Program-made: the position numbers and the translations under genes
NCBI RefSeq assembly: GCF_009834535.1
Contig: NC_045696.1
Span: 115,260,001-115,324,000, forward strand
Length of the DNA stretch: 64,000 nt
Direction: 5' to 3'
Origin: Camelus ferus
Lineage: Eukaryota
In this document: positions 51,438 to 64,000 of the stretch, piece after piece
Layout of the letters: the number at the start of each line of letters is the position of its first letter
Position numbering within the stretch: position 1 is the first letter of the stretch
The notes under the pieces: generated by a model
What the model was told of the DNA's origin: nothing
The model's input: the letters and a program-made list of their open reading frames with translations, nothing else
The model's database searches: none

Positions 51438-54077
51438 AGATGACACTACGTATATAAGTGACTCATAAATGAATATATATAAATTCTGCTTGGCGGCTGG
51501 TGGTTGTGGATTCTACCCCGAGTTTCTGTATCCTACATCCCCCATTGTATCTATTGGACTCTTAGCCACATGCCTTTGCTTCTAATAACTCCACCCCTTA
51601 CACCTAAGATTCCGTTGTGAATCCAGGTTTTCTGACTGCTATTGTTAATATCATTCCAAGACTGTTACAAGTTTTGATATTGAACTTCAATAATATTCAA
51701 CTTATGTAGCAACTCAACAGTCATGCGTTGAGCCCTTGACTAAGTGAGTGCCACTGTGCTCACGCCTGGGTTCAAGGAGCAAAGGGACCCGGCTCTGCCT
51801 TGACTTCCCTCTCTGTTGGGAAAGACGGGAGACAAGAGAGATCCTCAGACTGTGCCGTGGAGTGTTCCACACGATGTTGTAGGACCTGACTTGTTTGAAG
51901 AAGATCAGCCAAGAATTCTGGAGGAAGAGCTCAGTCCTCATTTGAGTCCTGAAAAGTGGGTAGGATTAGGCAGGGGAAGATGAATGAGAAAGCATGGGAG
52001 GCAGAGTTTTCGAGGCAGAGTTTTATAGGCAGAGAAAGTGGGAAGTGCAAACGGCTTCTTTGAAGGTGTAAGAAAGCTCGGCACTTTGAGAAATTGGCTG
52101 TGCCCTGAAGGTACTTATGTGACTCCTACATGTTGTATTTCCTACTTAAATGTGTCAGAGTAGCAGATTTGGGCTTGACCCGATAATGAGGTCTCCGTGA
52201 ATGAATTTATTTGTTAAATGAACTCACGCATGTCCTTTGCGATTTGGCAAAAGCAAAGAAACCGTGAGACTTTTTGTGCAGCATCCCCCCAGCCCCACTC
52301 AGGGTGCTGCCTTGGTCCTGGGTAATTGGTATTCCTGTTAAACTCCCTCCCCACCCAGATCTCATAGAAAGGACGAAGGCTGAAAAACGTTCTCCATCTT
52401 GATTGGGACGGTGGTAACACGGCAGTATGCACATGTTGAAAAAAATTAGCTAAAATGATACACTTAAGGTCTATGCTTGTTTTTTTTGTTTTTTTGTATG
52501 TGAGTTATGCGTCCATCAAAAAAACTTTCAAACAAGGACAAAAGTTGCAATTTTTTTCAAATGGACAATTTTGTTGGAAGAGTGCAATTACTAGAATTTT
52601 TTTTAATTTAGTGTTTTCTGAAGTATGGATATAAGTAATGTAAACACCAGTTTTACTAATTGATGGTTGATGTACTGAATCTTCTCAGCGTCACTTAATG
52701 CTGCAAAGTCACAGATATCCAGGACGGTGGATATCAGAAAACTTTACTGTGGTACCCAACGCAGGTAGGGGGAGGGGGCAGGGCAGGATGCTCTGGGTAT
52801 TAGCTGGCTCTGCTACTTACTGCTTGTGTGATATTAGGTCAGAGGGAATTAGAAATAATGCTCATAAACATAGAAACACACAGTAAGTGCCAGTTAGTGT
52901 AACCTTCAGCATTATTGTTCCTGGCCATTGTTACCTAGAAATACCAGCCTGAAGAGACAACCTTTGTATTTCTGGACTTCTCAACTTTCCTGGCATTTAA
53001 GTTCTTATTCTTTGATTTGAAGACTGAAAGCCAGAGTCATAAAAGGGACACAGAAAGAGGGGAGGTCTCTTGGAGCTGGAAATGTAAACTCAGGGTTAAG
53101 CCTTGTCCTCTCTGAAAACATGAGAGCATCCTGGGAAAGGAGACTGAGGCTGGCCCTGGTACCCTACTCTCTTTTACACATCAATTTAGCCGCATGCCCA
53201 GAGGAGAGATGAAGGAAAAGCTAGGCCAGGAGAGAAATGCCAAGATCCTTAAGCCTGAAGTGAAGGAAAACATATTCATTTGGCTTTAAATAAGGCTATA
53301 GGCTGGGTGGAAATTGAATTTTACTCTGGAGTCTGGGTCAGCATATCAATAGGTAGTGTGTCATTCCTTCACTTTTGTTTCTTTGTTTTGGCAGGGTTGG
53401 ATAATGTATTTAGAAAATGTTAGCTTTCAAAATATCCTGCTTTAAAATTAAATAAATATGTCATAAAATGCCATATAGCTTTGGCTCTTTCTTTTAGTTT
53501 TTTAATACAGTGCTGCCTGGGTTAAATGAAACGCCTGGATCTGATTTCTGTGCATTGCGTTTTTAGTGTAGGGACGTTACTTTTGTAGGAAGGAAGGCTG
53601 TGCATTTTATTCAAATTTTATAATGATTTTATTTTCCCAGATCACTATTTTTTTAAACTGTTTTTTAAACATTGAACAAGGATGCTAAATTTAAAAACAA
53701 ACAAAGGAAACAACAAAAGCTTTGATTATATCATTTTAGAAATTATCTCTTTAAAGTTGATATTTTTATTGTGGGACATCTCAGAGAATTTAATATTTGA
53801 TGTTTGCTGGCAATGTCCAGGCTGTATGTAGTATGTAGATTTCCTACAACTTATCTGACCCCCAACCCCCTTTTTTTTTCTTTCCTAAGCACATCGTCAT
53901 TTCTTGAGGCTGATTTTGTAAACAAATTCCTAAAGATGCACACACACAAGAAGGTGTGATTATTTTGACAGAGCAGACTTATGCTGGTTTTTCTCATGGG
54001 GAGAAAAACCAGCATAAATGACTTTCTTTTTGAACAAAATGTTTGATTGTAATGGTAAACAATGTTGTCTTTGGGCA

Positions 54078-54581
54078 TGTGAATGAAAAATACTGCAAAC
54101 CATTATCATAAACAAAGAATGCTGAAGCCATCAAGTCATCAGCGGCTGCCACCACACCCCAACCCCAGTGAGGACAGGCCTGCAGCCCGGCCTCTGCAGC
54201 CACTCACAGTGGTGCATCCTGAGGGGACTCAGAACAAGAAAGGACAGGACACTGGCCCTAGATAGCTGGGTGCTTGTCAAAGGAATGAATTCAATGAGCC
54301 CAAGTGTTTGCTTCCTCCCATACACAGAAAAGCGCTACATTCTTTAACTTGAGATGCCTGGTTGTCTTTAGTTAACAAGTAATCTTTTAATGGTCCAATT
54401 ACCTGGTCTTTGTTGTAAAGCTCCTGTATATCCTGGCTCCTCCCCTACCTCTTTGGAGCAGTCCGTCAGAGCAATCTGAGAGGCTGTCATCCCGGGCTCG
54501 AAGGGGTTCAAGTCCTTAGAAATGTCCCCCAAATAAAACGTACCTCTCAACTTTTAGGCTGTGCGTGTATTTCAGTCGACA
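54078..54581 (+). mobile_element. ERV1-type solo LTR
   Basis: TGT...ACA termini; near-TSD GGCA/GACA; CCTCCCCTACCTCTTTGGAGCAGT...GAGAGGCTGTC; AATAAA at 54532-54537. Confidence 0.85.
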
Positions 54582-55827
54582 GACAAAATGATCAAAGTAG
54601 CTGTTTTTGTGTCCCCTAAGTGATAGTAGATACTTCTTTTAGTTACAGACTCTGTGATATCATTTAATTAACTACTTAACACCAGAACTGGTTATTATTT
54701 AGATTTTGCCCTTTTATACTTTCTTGTTATAAATGGTTTCATGTACTTATAGATGTATATATTAAAGAGGTGAACTTTGTTCATTAATAAAGGCATTAAA
54801 CTTTCATCATTTTGTTGTACTAGGTTCCTAAAATAATTAAAGATAATTACTTTTAGTGGTGTAACTATAGTTTGTGAAATCCATCATTAAAATGTAATTC
54901 AGATAATTCAGATAATTTTTAAGTACACTTGGAAATAAAATTGTCTCTAAAGAAGAATACACTACTTTGCATTTTGAAATTTGATTTTATAGCCACAGTT
55001 ATCAGAACAACATTCAGTTCGGATAGAAGAATTAAATTGAGAGAATATTCCACTTTTGCATGAAGTGTCTACTCCCAAACTACCTCCTACACAAATTTGG
55101 ATTGAATGTGATCACTGAAAGTGACCAGGGTTACTGAAAGACCAAAATAATATGCTACTCCCAACATATGATAAAAAAACACTCAGTATTGTGTATTTCC
55201 GGAGAGCATCTTTAATATAAATATATAGTTCATTTTGATTTTAAGGTATCGTTATAAGGGATTTCGGTTTTGCTAAATGGAATGTAGGTATAATTCACTT
55301 TCTCTCTAGTAGAAATGGACCCGTTAGTGCAGTAGAACATAATGAGACAGCTACCTCTAAATCAGTGACCTCTTTCAGCTTTTAATTTGTCTTTAGCTAT
55401 TGGCTGAAAGGGGAGTTATCTCCCAGTGTTCTCTGTGTTGGTGTAGACGCATTGTGATGACATTTTTAAGGTTGTATAAGAGGGTTGATACTGGGATACA
55501 GAAAGTGGGCATCTCAGATGCACACATCTGTGTGGGTATTGGCTTCCTCAGTTCTATGCACTGTCCATTTTGGTTCTGAGGAAATAGGGATGAGGTGGGG
55601 TTGAGGAAAGCTTGATTTAACTGGGCTGGAGGACTTGGCATTATCGATAGAGAAGAATCCTGTACTGGTGCCCTATGCTCTTTCACACTGTTACCCTATG
55701 GCAGATTCAGGCTAAGAAAAAGAGGCTGTAATTTTAAATAATTTTTAATATTTGGATTAAGATGCTGAACTGAATTTAGGAATGAATTTAGATTATGTAT
55801 TGAGACATGAAAAGATTATAGAATTTC

Positions 55828-56240
55828 CTGGAAACAACTCAAATGTTCATCAGCTGACGGATGGATAAACACATTGGGGTATATCCATACAAAGGAATAC
55901 TACTCAGCAATAAAAAGGATTAAGTTACTGATACATGCAACAACACAGGTGAATTGTAAACACATTATACTGCATGAAAGATGCCAGACACAAAAGATCA
56001 CATCTATTTGTATGAACTTTGACTAAAGGGAAAAATACAGTAACAGAAAACAGGATTTCAGAGGCTGGGACAGGAGGCGGGGATTGACCACAGAGGGGCG
56101 GGAGGGAACTTTCTGGGTAACGGAAATGTTCTTTGTGATACTTATTAAGACTGTATCTATCTGTCAAATCTCATCAAATTGTATGCTTAACATTGGTGAA
56201 TTTTATTGCATGTAAATGATACTTGAATAAAACTGGTTAA
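55828..56240 (+). mobile_element. L1 (L1MB/L1MC-like) 3' end
   Basis: CTGGAAACAACTCAAATGT...ATGGATAAAC...GGAATACTACTCAGCAATAAAAAGGA...ATACTTGAATAAA. Confidence 0.85.
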
Positions 56241-57634
56241 GAAGAAAGTATAGTAGAATTTACTAGTGGGGAGAGGGGATCCTAATTTGTTAATACCTGG
56301 AAGTGACCAGAAGAATCATGGGATGGCTAAGCTTCCTCCAGAATCTAGGGTTAAACATCAGATTAAAAAAATTTAAGTGATGATGGAAGATAAAGTGAGG
56401 ACCCATGAGTTCCTCTGGATCATAACTGTTTAATATATACACCACCTAGCCTAGTGCTTACCACATGGAAAGCACTTAATCCCTGCTGAGGGCTGTTGTC
56501 TTTATTGTGGACGCTGTTGGTGCTATTATTTAGACAAATGTGTGACAAGTGTCTAGATAAGCTTACAGGAGTTGTGAACGTAGACAGAACCTTTCTCCTA
56601 ACTACCAGTGAAGAGTGCCTGTGAGTTAACTGATTCTGATGATTCGAAATACACAAAAGGAGGTGGACTGTATCAGTGACTGGTTTAGGCAAATTAATGA
56701 ACTGTTCTGTATCACAGAAGCTGAATATTCGAGCATCATTTCACAGACACATTCTTAGCTTTTTCCTGTGTGTCAAATCATTTCTGAGCTCAACCCATTG
56801 TGGGGACCCCCATGAGAACTTTGTATCTGATGAGAATTAAGAGTTCGGAAATTTGCAGGCATTCAACAGAAGCGATGGCTGTATATAGAACAGTGAAATC
56901 ATTCTGAAATGTATTTTGGCCATGTGAGAAATTGGAAGTGTGCCAACCAGGACTATATATAGAAGTGTGAGGGTCATGTTAACCTTGATCATCCCATGTG
57001 TGCAAAAGAAAAAATATAAGTCAACATTTATTGACTTCTTAATGTGCCCAGCATTGTACTGTGTTAAGTAATTTCAAGAATTACTGTGTGTAAATTTCAT
57101 CACGACCCTGAGATAGACACAGAGGAGCAAAGAGGTTGCACAAGCAGATCGAAATTTTTATCTGACTCTAGCAGTTGGGAACCACAGATGTGGACCCTAG
57201 GACAAAGCTTGGTGAGGAGATGTTAAATTTTATCAGAGCTGGACTGCTGACACTATATTTTTGGTGTCCCTTGTCCTGTTCGAGAATGGGATGAAGAGAG
57301 ATTACTGACATCTCTGAACCTCTGAACCTCATCTCTGAATCCAAATTCTGAACCTCCAGCAGTAAGTCCATACGATACCAGTATATTTAAGTGGTCAGTG
57401 AATGATTGTGGAAAGGATGGATAGCTCCTGTGTTTGAATTCTTAGAAAGCAGGGTTTGCATACAGGTAACCCTTGCCTTTCGAAAGTTCTCTTTATGCTA
57501 CTTCACTTTTACCAAACATTAGTACCTGTTTTCACTAACCCAAGGTGATCCGGAGAGGATTTTCATTTTCATAAAAGAAAAAAAAAAAAAAAAACGGCCA
57601 ACAGCAAAAATGGAGTTGTTCAGCCTTCGTTTCA

Positions 57635-57660
57635 CAGCTGCCCTTATAAAGGCAGCGTGA
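57635..57660 (+). promoter_or_regulatory. Candidate TATA-box core promoter (E-box CAGCTG + TATAAAG)
   Basis: CAGCTG 57635-57640 and TATAAA 57645-57650, followed by a locally GC/CpG-richer, ATG-free stretch; motif evidence only. Confidence 0.35.
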
Positions 57661-58348
57661 ACTCTGAGCAGCAAGGTTGGCATCACCAAGCTCCGTCCCG
57701 TCTCCGGGGAGCTGCACTGAGCATCTCAGCATCCGGCCGCCCCAGCTTTGACTGTGTCTGCGAGCATCTCTGCTTTATCTCGATTTACTTGGTACGGCCC
57801 ATAGCAAGCTGTGTCCAAAGGTGGTTGCTTCTTCATTTTATGCCATTTCAGCTCATGAAACCTTTCCCAGGAAGGCTCTGCTTTCAGATAGCAGGAGGAA
57901 CCTGCACTGTATTTTTAAGGTAGAAAAGATACCAAACACAGCATAAGATTAATGTTGGGTCATGGGGCATAAGTTACTTTCATAGCTGCTTGTCTGACTA
58001 AGTGTATTTTGAAGTCCATTTTGGGTGATGGTATGGACTCACCTCTGTGTAAGATTGCTGGCTTTCAAAATAACTTGAGTTTTGATAAACCTTTAATTAT
58101 ATTGGAGGATTATCAAACTGAGACAATTGTTGGTCCTAAATGAGAAAAACGGTTAGCAAGCAGACTCTAATGGGTGCATTTATCATTTCCTTATCATACT
58201 GAGCTCCCGGCTCATTGTTGTCTGTTTTCCAGGAAAGTAGAAATACCGTTTCTTAGAATAAAAATGTTCTTTATAGTGTGAGCAGGAGATTGAAGCTGTA
58301 CAGATTGGCAACATTCTATTTAATGAAATAGGCAACATTCCAATGGAA

Positions 58349-58396
58349 CTGACAAGCTTTATTTCTATTTGTTGTATTTTTTTTTTCTCATTGCAG
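58349..58396 (+). other. 3' splice site region of the ZNF385D exon: candidate branch point CTGAC (A58352), polypyrimidine tract, AG
   Basis: CTGAC at 58349-58353, then a T-rich tract with no AG between 58357 and the CAG at 58394-58396. Confidence 0.7.
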
Positions 58397-58507
58397 ATGG
58401 ACCCGATTCAGAAAGCGGTAATAAATCATACTTTCGGGGTTCCTCTTCCTCATCGAAGAAAGCAAATCATATCATGCAACATTTGCCAGTTGAGATTTAA
58501 TTCCGAT
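58397..58507 (+). CDS. ZNF385D: Internal coding exon of zinc finger protein 385D (matrin/U1-type C2H2 RNA-binding zinc finger family); encodes the CxxC half of the first finger
   Basis: Translates to [37 protein letters not shown], matching my recollection of ZNF385D (paralogue ZNF385A reads MDPVQKAVLSHTFG). Acceptor: polypyrimidine tract + TTGCAG ending 58396. Donor: GAT|GTAAGT at 58508. 111 nt, phase 0-0. Confidence 0.96.
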
Positions 58508-60785
58508 GTAAGTTTATCATTTAGTATTTGCTAAAAAAAAAAAGTTATTATGCTGTTCTAACCTTGCAAAAGAGAATTCTTAAACATTTTTCTCCAATAA
58601 CTGAGGGTGTCGAAATTCATGGGTAACATTTTAACTCCCTGTGTGCTTTCATTTTGGTGTTCATTACATTATGTTTGGTTGTTTACTCTAGAAAAACCAC
58701 ACCTAAGCAAGCTTGTATCCATGCAGTTTAATGCTATTTTTTTTTAATCTCTTGGGAATGCTACATTTAGATAATGCACTTTGCCTTTGGGGAAGTCAAA
58801 TTTAGGACCAAAGAGGCTTTTGATTAATCCCACCTCCGAAATAAGATATGTCACCAGGTTATAGTTCATGGCCAAGACTTTGGCTTTGTAAATTCTCTTT
58901 GCCTGCCTTGGCGGTCCTCAGTTCCTGATCAGCTCCTGTGTTCTTAATTGTATTTGTGCTAGAGATCTCAAGTCACTCACCTAGAAGTATTAGCATTTTA
59001 ACAGGGTGTTCTGAAGACCTCTGAGCACTCCAGCCCCGAGTGACTACAAGTTAAGTGGAGAGCAGGGCAGGAGAGAGGCCTGTGGACCTGCCTGTGGTGC
59101 TCTGCATTTTATTCACAGAGAGGTGTTCACATCTCTCATACCTTTTCCAAGGCTCAATGTGGACTCTGGATGTATCATGGTGAAGCCAATTTGGCTTGGC
59201 CAGTATGAAAAATACAACTGCCCCTCCCCAACCTGCTTTGATGTGGAGTTGGTCCTGGAGATACAGAAAAGAGAAGGAGTGTTGATTTGGAAGGATAAGA
59301 ATTGAGCACCTGGTTGACACTCTTGGCAAACAGAGGACCCCTTCCTATCAAAATGCCCCCTCTCCAGGGTGCCATGATCTGACCCTAAGTTAGTATGCAG
59401 TGCGCAGGTGTCTGAACAGATCTGGGTGCTAGAGAACCTGGCCTTCCAGCATTTAATCGCCCTAGGCAAGTGGGTCCCTTGGGTGATCTGATGATGAGGG
59501 TTGCCTAGGAGATAATCAGGCAGAGGAAATAGATGTGCCATGAATAAAGTGGACTTTTTCTTTCTGCGAGAGCATTTCATTTTGTATAAGGATTTCTACT
59601 GTCTTATGAACTCAAACCTACTGGTACAATCATCAGGTAATTTTAATAACCTTCCTTATGTTGGCTTCAAAAAGATAAAAGTAGATTGCCTACATCGCAT
59701 CAGAATGGTATTTGCTGCTATAAAAAGGACACACTAAATATATAATATTTTATTTGAAGGGATGGTTTTGGGGCTTTTGTTTCGTTTTGTTGTTTGTGTT
59801 TTAACACTGAGCACCTTGATTTGATTTACTTTTAAGAAAATTACCATAGTTCAATTTATTACAAAATATTTTCAAGTGATGAATGTTACAGAAAAATCTC
59901 CTCTAGCTGTTGTAAGTAAGAGTTTTCCTGACATGCACATCAGAGTTCTGAACGTGGTACTTGCAATTTTAATCACTTCTAAATGCTCAGCAAACAATCA
60001 TATTGTTCCACAGTTGTTTTTTAAGTGTCTCCTTTATTCCTTTTCTTCTTAAATCATATTAATACTTCATTTTGAAACTGATCAGATAATATTGCAAAGG
60101 TCTCTCAGGAGCCATGTTTCTAGCTTTTTACATCTAATAGGGGCTATTTTTAAAATGAACCCTTCTGCCAGCAATTCCACTGCTAATATTTTTCTCTTTA
60201 TTAAGGAAACTTCCTGTAAACTGGAGGTCATAAAGTGACTTTAAGCTCATTGAACCCAATCTCCCACTAAATGTAAGGAGACCATCTGCTACATCCAGAC
60301 TAGGTCTTTGGGTTGATTACCCCCAGTGATAGGTAACTCACCATTTCAAGACTGTTGGTCCTTTTTTTCTTCTTCTTTTTCCTTTTTTTTTTAAGTGTTT
60401 CTACTAATCCTGTAGGTGGATATCAAAGTCATATTTGAAAACTTTAGAAATACTGTCAGATATGCTTTAGGAAACATTTTATTTACGTATCTGATTATTG
60501 ACATAAAAACATAATATAAAATAAAAGAGATTGGCATACTTCTTTTTCTAAAATGTAATCTTATTTTTACTTCCTTAGTAAGAGGAAAGAAAAATTCACT
60601 TTGCTAATGAATTTTCAAGATGATGTAGGAATCAGTATATACTTATTAGGGAAATTGCTTCCCATTCTCATAACTTTGCTTTCAGATTTCTCTAAAAGGA
60701 AAATGGCCCAGGTGTTCGGAGGATTGACACGTGTCAGTCTGGGTCATAATTAAATTGCAGGCTTGACTACTCATTAGATGGTTAC

Positions 60786-61251
60786 TGTATTAATCTTTTA
60801 TTGTTGCTTGTAACAGATTATCACAAATCTAGTGGTTTAAGACAACACAGCTCTATCATTTTGTAGTTCTTGAGGCTGAGTCCCGTGGCTTCAAGCAAGG
60901 GTGCTGTTCCGCCTGGGGTTCTGAGGGATATGTCAGTTCCTTGCCTTTCTTTTCTGGCTTCTAGAGGGCACTCTCTTTCCATGGTTCATGCCGCCTTCCA
61001 TCCTCAAGCCAGCAAGCAGGGTTGAGTTCTTCTCATATCAAATTCCTCTGATTCTCACTCATCTGCCTTCCTCTTCCACATTAAGGACCCCAGTGGACCC
61101 ACCTGGATAATCCAGGATAACTTTTCTGTTTTAAATTTACATGTTTAGCAGCCTATTTTCATCTGCTAATGTAATCCCCTTTGTCATGTATTGTAACATA
61201 TCCATCATTTCCAGGGATTAGCACTTAACTATCATTATTGTGCCTACCATA
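60786..61251 (-). mobile_element. MLT1D-type MaLR LTR
   Basis: TGTATTA..TATTGTTGC.TGTAACA.ATTA.CACAAA..TAGTGG.TTAA.ACAACACA...CCCACCTGGATAATCCAGGATAA...CATTATT.TGCCTACCA. Confidence 0.85.
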
Positions 61252-64000
61252 GATAGTCCTGGGGCTGTTGGATTTAAGATTAGAGCTGAGTTTCATGACT
61301 ACCTGAATTTATCAGATAATCACCCTGTCCAGTTCTTTGGTCTGTGTAAACCGGACCCCTGTGAATTCACTGCCCTTAGGTCTTTCCTTATCCTGAACCT
61401 TGAATATAAACTCACTATGCAGTGATAATTTTTAAAATTGTAGGTTTTTTTTTTTTTTAAATAGCAAGATCCAGTGTTATTGACTTTATAAATGACCTAG
61501 CAACACATTAACTATGACTTACAAACAAGTATCATTATTGCAAAATTGACATACAGGAGTGGAAACTCCTTTAGAGACTTAAAAAATGGCTCTGTAGCAT
61601 TATTATGTCAATAAAGGGGAACGAATATGCTGAATATATTAGATTTGTTGATTTATTGACTGGTTATATCCATAAATACTAATTTCATTAAATATTTAAT
61701 ACTAAATGCCGAAGTCAGTTAGATTTATCATCCATTCCTTCATATATAAAATGGTCTCTAAATAAAGAGAAAATACAGATATATGTTTATGTACATATAT
61801 ATAATTTTATTCCCAGGAAAAAGCTTTAAATCCCAATAAAACTGCCTCTTTGCTTTTTCCAGGTAAATCTGGAATTTATCTTCCTATTTCTATTCTTAAA
61901 CCTAGACTCTTCCTGGAAAAGTAACACTGTAATTCACTTGTCTGCTTGGTCGAATCCTCTATCATAGAGCAAAGTATTTTTCCCTTATAAACCTCTTTTA
62001 CATTTCAAAGCTTCTTCCCCTTCCAATGAAAATAATAGCTTGTAGTTCTTTTCATCTCTGCATCATGAAAGTTCAATTTCCTTTCCCTCTAAGCTTTTAT
62101 TTATTTTTTTAACCCTTCACATTGTAAGCCCTCTAGTTTAGTATTATACCATACCGGTTTTCTGTATGGTACATTTTCCTTTTCTGGCCCCACAAATACC
62201 TCTCTAAGTGGCACCTTATATTGTGTGTGCTCTTTAAATCAGATTGCCTTCTCCTGATGCAGGCTTTTTCTTTGGAAAAAAAAAAAAAAAAAAAAAGAGC
62301 TACTTCTCGACATTTATGTGAAACACACATGGGGGTATGCAAGAAGATTCCAATTAAAGAATGAAAGGTTGTAATTTGTCCAATTATTTTATCAGCATCT
62401 TAAAATAAGCATAAATTACCATGGGCCTCGACAAGTTAGTAAGTGTGCCTGTGAGAGACAGCTTATAGCAGGGACAGCATGGATGCAAGATTATTAAGTG
62501 TGGTAGAGAATGATTACTCAATGGCTGTTTGTGGAATGGGAAGTAAGATCTCAGGTCCCAAACTAAGGAATCATAAAATTGTAGCGTCTAAGAGTCACTA
62601 TGGTTAATGGTCCCAAAATAGCATTTCATGATACGTTAAAGACAGAAGGACACTGTTGCTAATTTCACAGTGGACACTGAGGTGTGGAGGCTGTAGGAGC
62701 TTGTGCAAGGCTCCCAGGTCAGTGGCTGACTGTGCAGGGTCAGCACCCTCTTCTAGACTCTTCCCGCCTCACCTGGTCCAGGTGGGGCTGTGAGTCCATC
62801 CAGAGTCCCAGCAGATCCCATGACAGTGGCCTGGGTGGTGTCTTGTGTGGTTCCTGTCCCGTCCGGCTGTCCCAGAGGGACGGTCTGAGGGCTCCTTCCC
62901 TCCTGGAACTAACCCGGGCCAGTCAGAACCCTTGTGGACCGTCACCCCCACTGCGGGCCAACCCTTACCCACAAGGACCGGCGAGTCCTCTTAAATGTCA
63001 TCAGTCCTGCTCACTCACACTGACAATTCAGTCATAAACACACGGGGAAATTAAATATAAACGCAGGCTACTGAAGTACAATACAGTAACAACAAATCCT
63101 TTCAGACTCGGGACTATCAAGCATCAGTCACTACAGGGCACTGTTTGATGAACCAGAAGGGAGACAGCCTCGTTAGGAGGTAACATTCCTCGCAGGTCTC
63201 CGACCCTCCAGAGGGGGAGTCCTTGGGCTCATCGCCCCTATGATGGATCCATTTCCCAATGGTTTTATAAAATAGAAATCATTATTATTGTCTTACATTT
63301 TACAACCCAGAAATGTAGTGAAACCAAGCAATATATCTGAATTGCATTCATTATCTCTGTCAAAACTTCCATAGCCAAATGTGGCGATATACTGATGGAA
63401 ATGGTCGTAGACGTACTTTTTTCCTACCAGATGACCAAAATTAGATAATTACACTTTCTTTAACAGCATATTTTAAGACACAGCCTATAAATATTTAAAT
63501 CAGTTATTACTTGTCGGGGCTGATATTTAAAGGAAATGCTGCTTAGACGGAGAGAAAACCGGAAGCTAATGGTGGTTGTGTTGGGGTGGAAGGACTATTC
63601 TTTTATCTCTTCGAGTTTTCTTTATTTGCCCGATCTCCTTTATCAGCGTGCTCCAGTTTTATAAAGGAAAAAGGATTTCTGCACCTCCTATACTACCATG
63701 GTTTTTAAACTGCATGTTTTATCCCAAATTAAACATTATGTTGTGAAGGTCTCCGTTGTAACTTTCTGTATATTTCTTGCGTGTTTCTGGCAGTGTCTTC
63801 AGTCTCAGACGTGCCCAGGAGAGTTCATAGATGGTACTGTTGTCTCATTCAGATTTCAGGGTTTTAGAGCATCTCCTAGGGGAAAGGTTAATACACTTCT
63901 GTGCATGGGGGACACACATCTAACCCGGAACCTGAAAACAGCTGAGTGAAATGGTCGGAAAATCATCCGATCAGGAATTTGACGACCTGTTGTCTAGATC

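Noticed and set aside
57642..57652. CArG/SRF box at the candidate promoter
   Set aside because: CC-TTATAAA-GG has seven A/T bases rather than six; it is better read as a TATA box
58343..58534. 63-aa single-exon ORF
   Set aside because: Only 58397-58507 is exonic; the flanks are the polypyrimidine tract and the intron after the GTAAGT donor

Overview
Mammalian genomic DNA, AT-rich and repeat-dense. It is most likely camelid, because it carries tRNA-Ala-derived SINEs starting GGGGAGGGTATAGCTCAGTGG and matching young L1 3' ends. The only supportable protein-coding sequence is one 111-nt internal exon on the + strand (58397-58507, [37 protein letters not shown]), which I recognise as ZNF385D; the rest of the window is inferred to be the flanking introns. 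These contain L1 3' ends (two with twin-priming 5' inversions), ERV1-type solo LTRs (several with 4-bp TSDs), MaLR/ERVL LTRs, MIR/L2, MER3, a Zaphod-like hAT remnant, a MamSINE1-like copy, microsatellites and one ~23-bp minisatellite. I found no CRISPR, operon or novel multi-gene system. The best leads are: (i) a 186-bp poly(A)-tailed retrocopy of an RNA I cannot identify, with a perfect 20-bp TSD; (ii) a diverged local duplication that includes that insertion site and sits inside an MLT1 LTR; (iii) a candidate TATA-box internal promoter/first exon ~750 bp upstream of the ATG-starting ZNF385D exon; (iv) a compound inverted L1 with a possible 3' transduction. Repeat family names come from recalled consensus sequences, not a search. 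Repeat boundaries without TSDs are approximate.
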